Of a DNA stretch of 64,000 nucleotides, positions 47,801 to 59,800 are shown piece by piece. Position numbers and translations under genes: made by a program. The DNA lies in contig OZ076416.1 of NCBI GenBank assembly GCA_964187785.1, positions 12,400,001-12,464,000 on the forward strand. Reading direction: 5' to 3'. The DNA is from Amphiscolops sp. MND2022. Taxonomy: Eukaryota. The notes under the pieces were generated by a model, which was given only the letters and a program-made list of their open reading frames with translations, made no database searches and was not told where the DNA came from. The first letter of the stretch is position 1. Each line of letters starts with the position of its first letter.

Positions 47801-50800
47801 CTACTCTATTTCGCGTTGGTCTGCTGTTGAATGCGGTTTCATTCTTCTAACAAACGAAAGTTCCGAAATTTCCAAAAATTCGGACTTTCGACTCCTTTGG
47901 GACATTTTGAGATACTGCTTTACCTAAAAAGCTAAAAGGTTTTCCTTCAAAAGGCGTATTGCATTTATTGATGAATCGTCTGGAGCTTTGGACCGGACTG
48001 TCTAAGCTACTGAAAAATCCACAAACAACCACGAAAAGTGTCGAAAACGTTTTTTGGGTTTTTTAAGACATTTTCCAAACACGAACCAGCAATTACCTCC
48101 CACAAAAGCCAACTGGATATCAACTGCAATCGTTGTTGAAACATTCTTTCCCTCGAAATGATTCCAAACTTTCACAGTCTTTGCATAAAAGTGTTCGAAA
48201 CATTCAAATTTTCTAATTTCCGGCAAACTGGGTTCTTTTTGAAGAATTTCTAATGCAAGTCACTGCAATTTGCTCACCGATGTTTTTTGTTTTTGTTTGT
48301 TTTGTATCTTCTAACCCAAAAAACTCGTACATTTCACTCATATGACATGAAAGCAACATAAACTGGAAATATTTGGACTTTTCGACTATTTTGGCGTCAA
48401 ATTAAAGAAAATTTTCTTCAGAAACTGCATTTATCACTTCACAAAAACTACTGCACAACAAATTCATTTGTTGTTGAACATTTTCGTAGTTTCAATTCTT
48501 GAAAACGTAGAAACTTTTCAAAAAAGAAAATGCGTTAAACAGTTTGTAATTTTTTTCAATTTTTTACTACTTTGGCGTCATTGTCGCAATGTCTCTTTCA
48601 AAACTTTTATCTCCCGAACAACTTTTTGGACATCGATTTCATTCCTAATTGAACTTTTTCAACGTTCTGATCCACGAAATCTCTTCAAAATTTGACAAAT
48701 TTGAATAAAAATGTGAAAATTTGGTAAGTTTCAGAAATTTTGTCAATTTCGGTTGCCATTTGAGCCTTTTTCGTTTTCTTTTGGGAAGCTGCGTTTATTT
48801 CTTCGAAAAAGCCTCTCGGACAACGAATTCTTTCCTTGTTGAACAGTTTTAACATTCTAAGCCTGCAAGTCTATGGAAAAAGTGACAAAAAGTCTATGAA
48901 AAATTTGCAGTTTTTGTCATGTTTGGGCTATTCTGGGGTTTTTGGGATCAACAATATAAGTCCAAAAATCTCCAAAAATAATAATATACCATCATTGATG
49001 AACATCGTTAAATTTTGAAAGATATCTTTGTTGAAACAATTAGTTAAGTTTAAGGTGAAAAGATAAACAGGCCACAAGGTGACAGGACTATAGGACAATT
49101 CATCCCATGCTGTTTCAACCCAGCGTTCATGCACAATTCAAAGCTAGCCTTTATAACCACTCATAATTTTGATAATTTCACTTTCGACTAATAATTTTTC
49201 CAACCCAAATTGATTTTCCCTAGTTGATTGTACTCGCCAGATATCTTTTGAAAACGAATCTTTGGTCGTTTATGTCTTGGAACGTTTCAAATGTGCCCGC
49301 TTCTACGCTATTTTCGATTACATATTTCGTGAATCATCAAGCCTTTTTTTCTTTTTTATGAAGGAACAATGAGCAAAAGTCTCAGACAGGAATCTTACAT
49401 GTTCTGGAAACCTCTGGTAGGTACTTGAAATATTTTTTCACTTAGAACGCTAACACTTTGCAAGATTTTACCAAGATTTGAATAAAGTTAGCAAAAATGA
49501 ATGACAAAAAAGTATAAATCGCAGCCTTCATTCAACTAACCGAGCTACCACATTCTACATTGAAACGTTTTATGGTATTTTCTTTGCAATGGTTCAAAGA
49601 ATGATTGTTTTTCAGCTAGTGATTCAAAAAATAGTGAAATACTTTTGAAAAATAATACTTCGTTACATTCTGGAGATTTTCTAATTGCTTGGTGGGAGTT
49701 CGAAGAAATTCGCTTGAAGCAAGAATAAATAAGACTTATCAAGACTTACAACAATCATAAATGATAATCTGTAGGAAATGCATGATGTCTGCAAGAGGTT
49801 CTGCAGAAATTTCGCTCTGAGTTCTAAGACTCTGGACTCTGTTCTAAGAAATTTCACTGACTTCAATCAGCAAAACTAAGACCGGTTCGACTCATTTATT
49901 AACCTCATGTAATAACGCTGTCGAATTGGCCGGATGAAATAGCCCACCTAAATTTGGTCAAAATTGCCAGCGGTTGAGATGACAGCGGTTGAATTGTAGC
50001 GGTCCAAACTGCAAGGGAAAAATGTCTTGCAATTTTTTCAAGAGTTCTCACAGCCAATACACGATGGTACAAAGACTTGCATTTTTCGAAACCTTAGTTA
50101 CGGTTTTTTCAATAAATGGAAATGTGTGGTCGTTATTCATAATGCCTTGGATCTGTGTAGTCAGTAAGTTGAATAACTGTTACGTTGAATTAAATTGAAT
50201 AGTTGCTTCAGAACGTGATATCAAATGTTGAATAGAATCAATTTGTCCCATAAAACAAATGGCGGTTCTTTGAAGAAAGTTAAATGGTTAAACCACAATT
50301 TAGAAAAAAATGATCATGAATGGGACACTTACATTTAATTTAATGACTAACGATCACAATGTTAATGTTTTTCAAACAAATTTTTTTAGCAAGGGCAGTG
50401 AATTGGTTTATACGTAGCATTTTCAAATCAACAAAAAACATGTGTTATTTTCTTTGAGAAACGGTGTCATTGAGATTATCGCTTTTTCAAGTTATGAATG
50501 ATGTACAAAATTTGAACAGAAAGACGCCCAAGAAGAAAAATCTTGACCAAGACTTCCAAGACAACGTTTTTGTCGAACCAGAGCCGCACATGCGGTAAAG
50601 GAGTCGGCTTAGGTATTTTTCCTTCTGGCTCGCTCGAATCCTAGTCATACGAATTTATTGAAATTGCATACATAGGACCATATTATGGTGTAGAAAATGA
50701 CTAGAAAATTTCGTTCGAATCGTATGGAGATTTTGAGAAAATTGAAAAATGTCGAAAAATGGTTTTTGGCCATTTGTGGGCTAATTTTGCCTATGTTTCT

Positions 50801-53800
50801 CACATCCCAGTCATACGATTTTGATGCCTTTGCTTGAAGTTTTGATTGAAAAGTCGGAAGAAAAAAAAACAAAAAACGACACGATTGCATAAGTAGTCGA
50901 AAATCACAGAAAATGAAGTCCACATTCTTCATTTAAGACAGATGTTTCATTCATATTCAAAGAACCAGTTCTCTCAGCCCAAAAGACACCAAAATTACAA
51001 TCGTGAAACATCAATCAAAGATGTTGAAATATTACCTGGCGGTTTCACCGTTTCTTTCTGAGATACATCTAGAAGCATGAGTCATTCATCTTTATACAGG
51101 TTTATTCAATTTTGATATTTTTTTTTCGAAATTGTAAATATAAATACCCTTTTTATGTGATAACCAGAAACCATTTCCAGGAAGAAAAAAATTAAATAGA
51201 CAAAGTGAGGTTCGATCCCGGTACCTACCGCATGATAAGGTGAGCAAGTGAGTACCAAACCTCAACCATTTTACGTATTATTTATCATTCATTGAACATT
51301 GCTTTTGATAATAGATAACGTTAAATTGTATTGAACTTTTATTAGCAAACTATCTGTTGTAGACCTGCGTAATTCTGCAATTCGTGTAGAAAAGGATTGA
51401 GTATGCAAGACTGTATTGAATGTATGAATTTTGCTGTTATGGCAATGGTGTTAACTTTGCCACTTTTGATGTATTTGGCAGGTTGTTATTAAATACATTA
51501 TTTCACACAATTGTCTTTTTACAGTAATATGTCAGCATGAGATTAGCATCTACCACACTCCCCTTTTTAATTTATAGCGTTCAAGGTAGTTAGGGGTTTT
51601 TAATATCAAAGTCGAGACAATTTGTTAGAACAAGATTAACACAATTTTACTGCATCGATTCATTACAAGAATTGCATACTGCTTTCAATTTAACTAAAAT
51701 TAATAACTCACATGTATGTATGTATTGTTATAAATACGACATACTAAGGTTACAAATCAACGTAACACAGGTAACACAAGTTGACATCAATTAAGTGTCA
51801 CAGTTTTTTAAAAGTTTGACATGTGGGGTTTGTTAATTTGTATTCGGGTTTTTGATTTCGAATACGCTTGGGAGACTTTCTTCTTCGGCACTTGACATTG
51901 CTTCAATTTTAGTCACCATTATGTTGTGACCCCATCTATCTGGCTTTTTGGAAACGCGAGATGAACTTCTAGCCTTTTCCCATTTCACCGTTCCCGATAC
52001 TGGGACTTTTTGAGTTTCGTCTTTTTCTTCAATGGCTGTATTTTGGTCTTCTGGGTTTTCACTGCAGTCCGCGTCTTCCTTTATCTCGATTTGTTGCTGA
52101 CTTTTTTCGTCAGTTTGCTTTCCTGCTGGAATTGGGGCTATGTACAGTTCTGGGTTGGGGGGTTGTCCGATGTCTTCTGACTCCGAGTCGCTTTCAATTA
52201 GTTTTCTCTTTAGTTGTGCCTTTTCGGACTTATTTGGCATATCACTTGTTTTTGGCATTTTGGTACCTTTCTCAAATTTCTTTTGCTTTGGCTTCTTGTC
52301 TTTGCTGATTGTTTTAGAGCTTGACGCTACATCTCGTTTGGAGTAAGTTACTTCTTTGTTATTTGTTTTGGGTACCACTGTTACTGTGTTTTCAGATTGC
52401 CTCACTATTTGCCCTCTCACTTTTTTAAATGCACTTTCTAGCTTTGAGCCTCGAACTCTTTCCCTCACGAAGATGGTAGAGTCTGCCTCTTCGCTAAAAT
52501 CCTCGGGCTCGATCTCTATGGCTGGGTCTTTCTCTAAAATACATTTTTCGATTAAGCGAGATTTCGGCGTATTCGGTTTTCTCCCCATATGTTTTTCAAA
52601 TGCGGATTTTCCGTCCGAGCCTTTTTCTGATCTTAAAGCAAATAGTATTCTTGGCAGACCTTCCTTTTCTTTAGAAATTATGATTTCTTTGTTTGTTCTC
52701 AATCTCTCATTAATTGTGCGAATCATCCGTTCTACTTTTCCATTTCCCCGATGGTCTCTAACCGGACATACAGTATGATCGATAAAATGTTTTGTGCAAA
52801 ATTGTTTAAACTTCTCACTTTTGAAAACGGTTCCGGGGTCAGTTCGGATTCTTTTTGGTATTCCATTTGCAGCTATATATTCTGACAAAAATTCAATAAC
52901 TTTTTCAGTGGTTGGATTTGGCAAAAATAGCGCATCCGGCCATCCTGAGTGATTATCTACAGACACAAGCAAGTACTTTTTCTTTTGGTTTGCATTTTGA
53001 AAGGGTCCCGCGAAATCTAGCGCAATTTCTTCGTTCGGTTCGGTTGATTCGGGAATTTTTCCAAATTCATTTTGTGATTTTATGCATTTTAAATTCTTAC
53101 CTGCTAGTTGGCATTGCGGGCAATTTTTTGCTTTTTCCACGACTTCTCTGTGGACGCGGGGCCACCATACATCCGCCGCTTCTTTTAGCATAGCGTCTCG
53201 TCCCGCATGTCCGAAGTGAATAGCTCTGAGGACATTTTCGCGCATGTTTTTGGGGATCACTAAACGGTTGTCCATATAAAGTAACCCATTGTCACTAACG
53301 GAAAATGAATTAAATTTTTCCCTCCAAGGAGGGGGAAGTCGAGCAATTATTGCGTTATTTTTGTTTTGGATTAAGCTTTTGACCTTTTGGATAATTCGGT
53401 CTTCTTCGGCGTTTGCTTGGATGTAAACGTCACTTATTTTAGAAACTGGCTTTTCAGAGTTAAACGCCATTTCGTCGCTGTTTTGCGGATTAACAATTTC
53501 TATGCTTTCTTTATTTGTTTGCATAGGCGCGTGCACTGTCAATACACTATTTACATTCGTTCGCTCAGAATTCTCACGTTCTCGCGATCTGATTGGTTGT
53601 CGCCAATTCTCCAATCCTTTCACTTTTGGCGTGACGTCCTTCACTACGTTTACCGTAAACCAATCATTAAAAAGTTTCTCAGCTTGAATTGATGCGCCTT
53701 CATAATTAGATGGGTGCCTTGATAGGTAATCTGCCATTCCTAACGTTCGTCCGGGTGTATGTACAATTGAAAAATCAAATGGCAAAAGTCTATCGACCCA

Positions 53801-56800
53801 TCTTGTCAATCTGCTCGAGTACGTTTTGTTCCCTTTATTTGACTTTAGAACACTTTGTAGAGCTTTATGATCTGAAACTATGCCGAATGGAACCCCATAC
53901 ACGTAATTTTTAAAATGTTCAACTGACCACACTACTGCTAATAATTCTAATTCGTTTATTGAGTACTTTGATTCTAATTCCGTTAAAAATCTAGATGCAT
54001 AAGAAATGGGTTTCCATTCGTTTTCCTCGCATTGTTGCAGGACCGCCCCTAGTCCTTGTTTGCTTGCATCGCAGATTATTCGTAAAGGTTTATTTCTTTT
54101 AAAATGTGTCAATTCAGCTGCTTTCTTTACTTCATTATTTACACGAATAAATGCCGTTTCATGTTCTGGCGTCCATTTCCACGTTGCATCTTTTTTAAGA
54201 ATTGATCTAAATGGAAAACAAATTGATGCAAGGTCCGGAATAAATTTGTTGAATTGATTTACTGCCCCAAAGAAGGATCTCAATTCTTTTAAATTCTCAG
54301 GTCGCAGTTTTTCTGTGATTGCTTGCACTTTTGTATTTACAGGCGAAATTCCGTCTTTTGTCATTTTGAAACCAAGCCATTCAATTTCGCTTTGTGCTAT
54401 TTTACATTTTCCCGCTTTTAATTGCAGTTCAGCGTTATCGAGTGTTTTTAGAATTTCCCGCACTTTGTCTAAATGTTCATTCTTTGTTCCCTTGGTTACT
54501 ATTAAAATATCGTCTATGAATACAAATACTTCTCTAAATTTTGCTAATAATGAGTCCATTACTTTTTGAAATTCTGTAGGCATAACCGACAGACCGTAAA
54601 AACCTGATACGAATCTATATGTTCCCGTTGATTCTCCTCCAATTATTTGAAAGTTACAATGCTTTGCCGTTGAAATATGCAAGGGTACTTGACCATACGC
54701 ATAGGTCATATCAACTGATGAAAACCATGCCTCTCCTGTTTCTACATCAAGCTTTTCTGCCACCATGTCTAGCAAATTTTCCACATTGGGCATTTGATAT
54801 TTGTCCTTGTCTATGGCTTGGTTAAGTGCTCTTGCATCTAACGCAATTTTTACTGAACGATCCTTTTTTACTGTTATTACTGTCGGCTGTATAAATACAT
54901 CGTCTTTTATTTCGTTAATTTTTTCGATATGGCCTTCCTTTAATAACCTGCCAATTTCTTTGTCTACGGCCTTTTGTAGTTGAATTGGGATTCGTCTCCC
55001 TTTTTGCTGAGTAATTTTTGCATCTGCTTTGAAGTTGATTTTTACTTTATGGTTGGTTACTTTTCCGCGTCGTTCGAACAGTTTTGGAAATTCTTTCACG
55101 AATTGCTTAGTTTCTACGCTTAGTTCTTGGTCCTTTTCTATAGAATTAACCTCAAACTCACCTTTTTGTTCTGGAGTAACTTGGTAATTTAGCGTGGATA
55201 GCCATTCTCTGCCGATAATTGATTTCGTGCCTTTCTTAGCTATCAGGATTCTGGCCTTCTTTACATAGCTGTCATTTACTTGGAGCTCACAGAACACATA
55301 TCCCAGCAGATGAAGTGGCTTGCCATTGAAGTCAACGTACCGCTCATTCTCCACCATTTCTCGAACTGGTAACTTTTCTCTTTTCATGATTTTCTTTATT
55401 TCGTCCAGTGCGTAGATTGTGACCGGTGACCCGGTATCAATCATGGTCTTGAAACGGTTTCCATTTATGAAGCCTTCCATGTAGTAGGGTTTAGTGTTGT
55501 TGTCGTTTCCTTCAATATTCAGAACCATGTAATTTCCATCCTCATCGTCGTTCTCTTCTTGGTCGACAAGTTGCACCCTTTTGGCAAAACCACGATTTTT
55601 GCCAAAATTTTGATTGTTATCACTTTTCTTTTGGTTGCATACTTTTTCCAGATGCCCCTTCTTGCCACAGTAGTTGCACATTGAATTGGGGGCTTTGCAA
55701 CGATTCAGATGGTCTAACGTGAAATTTGCAGCACCACATCTCCAACATTCTCGATTGTTTTGTTTGGCCCCACTCACCGAGCAGACCGGTTCTTCTTTTA
55801 TCTTTGTCTCCTGGTTGATATACCCGTAAGTTCTTTGCCTTTTTAGGCCATCTTCGAAAGCAATTGCAAATTGAAGGGCGTCCGCTGGGTTATCTTTAGG
55901 CTCGGTGCAAAGTTTTTCTTGCACCTGCTTGTTTGCCATATTTAAAACAAATATATCGTAAACAAGCCCCTCAGTTTGATTCCCAAAATCGCACTTTGCC
56001 GCGAGTCCGTTCAATATGTTCCAGAATTGATGTAAGGTTTCATTCGGTTTCTGTTTTCGAGAAAGAAATGTGTGTCTATCTAAAGTACGGTTTCGTCGAA
56101 CTTGAAAGCACTCTTCGCAATTTTGGGCAATATCTTGTAGTTGGATTGTAAGGATATTGATCTGTGGAAACTTATCCATCAACATTTTTCGCCCCGTCTT
56201 TCCAATTGAAATGTAAAGAAGACTAACTACTTTTCTTTTTGCGTGATTTTCTTCTAGGTTTCCCATCAATGCTGCTTGTCTGGGATTTTGCTGATCTGCC
56301 ACCCGAAGAAGTTCCGTAATGGAAATGGAGTGTCTGGCTAATACGGCGACTTCGAATAATTGTCTCCACTGTTCCCAATCATAGCTGGGAGGTTTATCAG
56401 CATCTTGCCAGAAGTACGTTACACCTGGGAGTGGTGAATTCGAGCTATCTTCTTCTGCTCGCAGCGCCATGTTATAGACCTGCGTAATTCTGCAATTCGT
56501 GTAGAAAAGGATTGAGTATGCAAGACTGTATTGAATGTATGAATTTTGCTGTTATGGCAATGGTGTTAACTTTGCCACTTTTGATGTATTTGGCAGGTTG
56601 TTATTAAATACATTATTTCACACAATTGTCTTTTTACAGTAATATGTCAGCATGAGATTAGCATCTACCACACTATCCATCGAAGACAGTAAGTACAAAC
56701 GTCGGTATATTTCGTAATTAATTTTAAGGGAATATTTCGACAACCAGTGAGAGTATCAAATAAGGTGCCAGTGATCAATAAACGTAGAAAATGACTTACC

Positions 56801-59800
56801 TCCAAAACCAGAACTGGAATCTCCTGGAATAGAATCAGAATTTCAACTAAAAACAAACCAATCGGGGCTCTTCATTGCAAACTAGTCGGAGTTTCTAACA
56901 CCAAAGTGTTGAATAGCTAAAACAAACTGGAAAGCCTGAGACTCAAAAATAACAAAGTCTCTCAAATGGAATGAGGCTCTCATTGAAGAAACTTTTACAG
57001 TGCAGAAAAGCATTAATGGGTTGTTCCTATAGCTCTCTCGGAATCTTGCTTGGAAGTTGTAGAAGAATTGCTCAACTTGTAATAAGCAACGAACGTTGTG
57101 TTTAACCTTTAACCTTAAAACCTAACTCTGCTCTGCGTTATTTCTGCTACTCAGGCAAATCTTTATCTATAAAAGTATGAGTGCTTTCGGGATCCTTCAA
57201 AATCCAGAATTGGAACTCGAAAAAAACGGCAAGCAAAGTATTTTGTTTCGCTATGGTACTTGATTCTTGATACGTTCAAAATCCCATTTTGTCGCGTCCG
57301 GTTACCGACTTCGAATTTTTACGAAATGCCAAAAAATGCCAAGGACTAGACCGGGATTGGTAAGGACTTGATAACTTTTGAAAACTGGAACTTCCCTCGA
57401 TAGTCTTTGGAATCCGTGCATTATACTCGGCTAAGGACTTGTGTCCACTGGATTGTCAGTACGGACGATTTCTGCATAGAAAGAATTCACGTTTAGTTCA
57501 CGAGATGAGAAGCCATGAAATATTCGATCTATGTTTTAGAGCTAGTTTCCAATAAGAAGAAAATGTAACTTGAAGAATATTTACACGGCTTTTTGTCAAT
57601 TCAGCACGACACCCTGCGTAAAAATCAGACAAGACTATATAACCCGAATACCGAATGTCGAGATAGAACTAACAGATAATTAAAAAAATAATAATTCACG
57701 TAAATTTGCAAATGCCGTGAATTTCGGCTATCTTATCTCATTACTAGAGCCTGGCTAGATTCGGTGACTATCTAGTTTTTGTCTTTGAATTTTGCTAATT
57801 TCTTACGACGTCCTTCCTTCGTGTTATATGAAAAAACTCGTGTCCAATCACATCCGAGAACAGTACTGACGTCAATAACCGAGATAAGAAAATATTACTT
57901 CCACAATGCATTCATTGGTCTTGTTCGTGTTTTGTATTTTCTGGGAAACAAAAGTGGCGGAAAAATGAGCTTGACAAACCTTCGCCCTCGTACTCGTCGT
58001 CATTGTAATTACCGCCAGCGTCATCGTACCCATCGTCATCATCGAAGCCCCCATCATCGTCACCCCCGCCTCCTCCCCCTCCGCCTCCCCCGTCACTCAT
58101 GTCCCTCTGGGCCTGATCGAATGCATCCTGGTCGGCTGCAGCGCCTTGAGAGCCTCCTTGGGACTGAGAGCCCCCTCCTCCCGTGGACTGACGGGATCTT
58201 TGCGATGGGCGGGTCTGAAAAAAATGAAGTATGTGTGTGCGGTAGAGCTAATGTCTTCATGCTTATGTAAAAACCACTGTGAGAAAATAGTCAATCATGA
58301 ATTTAGTTATTCAAGATTGCTTGAACTTTTTACATGCTGCATGGAGACATGCAGGCTACTCTTTTTTTTTACAAAACATGGAAAATTCAGAGAAATCCAC
58401 ATTTTCACTGCCGCGATCACTTTGTTTTCACGCGTAAAATTCTCAAGTAAGTACCTTATGTAGGCACCGTTAGTCAAATAGCACGCTGAATATGACGCTA
58501 CTTTGAAATTTAACAATTGACTGAAGTTTAAAATTGATGAAGGTCTCGGCTGCTTTCAAAATTAGAACTGTGTCTTAATGAAACCTGTAACACTTCGCGG
58601 ATCAGAAATACCGCCGAATTTAGGATCCATTTTACAGGCAGCTTGATACAATTAAAGCGAATCAGTAAGGGTTTAATGCAATGACGTTTCCTTGAGATTT
58701 TTATAAAAACATGGAAAATTAGATTCGTAACCAACAAAAACTTGTGAAAAGTTCAAGCAGTTCTAACGAGGGTTATCAACAACCTGCCAAAGTTAGCCAA
58801 AGTGGCAATATTAAACTATTCGCCGTATCAAGATACGTCATAGAATACAGTTTTCACACATTCGTTCTGACTAGAATTACTAGATGAATTCGCAAGCCGA
58901 TTACAGTGTGACTACGAAAAGAACAATGTAAGATTCGACAACAGATACTAACAACATTAAACATAAATACCTAGGCCTTTTCCAAGGTTATTTTGACGAA
59001 TTCAAAGATTATTTAGATTTCGACTAGTAAGGGTCTCCCTAGTTGAAACTGCAGGAACTTTTTTCATGCTGCAGGCCTGCATGCAGGGCAACTTTTTATA
59101 AATTAAATTCCACTACATTACGGACACGATCACTTTGTATTCACACTTTGTTTTCTCAACTACTCATCTGATGTGATCACCGCTTCTCAAATAGCGCGCT
59201 GAATATGACGCTAATTTGCAGATTATTACGCGACTGGAGTTATTTTGCATTAACTTAGCGGTAAAACTGATGGCGACTTAATTGCTTGTAAAATTGAAAC
59301 TGCTGCTTAATGAAACGTGCAAAACGTCAAGGCTTAAAATTGCCGCCAAACTGTTGATGAATTTTTCAAGCAACAAGAAAAAAGTTGAACAGGGAATATT
59401 TTCACATGAAGGTTTCCTTGAGAGTTTTAGGAAATCATAATAAACGTTGCCAGCAACATTAAAATACATACAAAAAGTTCGAGCAGTTTCAACAAGGGCT
59501 GAAAAAGATGAACAATTTGTATGATCTGGTTTTCTGTATGCGTTACTCATTATCCAGCGTCTGACACCTTGCAACACTGATTCCCAGTGTTTTGGATTTC
59601 CTGAGAAGGTCCCGCTTGCATTTCCTGCAAGGTCCTAACAAGAATTCCAAGTTATCCGACGCTGGGCTACCTTTTACGGGAAGTTGCCCTGGCTAGATTG
59701 CAAATCAAATTTGGGTGATTTTTCCAGTGATACGGGTAACAAAACAGTTATCAAAACATGGTGTCATTCTTCCCTGTTTTTTTTTGTAGGAATGGGTTTG

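Larger units (their letters stand above)
51355..56672 (-). mobile_element. Intact, very young Mag-like Ty3/Gypsy LTR retrotransposon
   Basis: 203-bp LTRs (51355-51557 and 56470-56672) differ at one position. 5-bp TSD CTATC, PBS, PPT and a single intact gag-pol ORF are all present. Confidence 0.97.

Noticed and set aside
47160-48900. Large DNA-transposon relic
   Set aside because: Degenerate internal repeats are visible, but I could not define termini or a TSD.
52140-56151. Plus-strand ORFs overlapping gag-pol
   Set aside because: Antisense shadows of the long ORF with no independent motifs.
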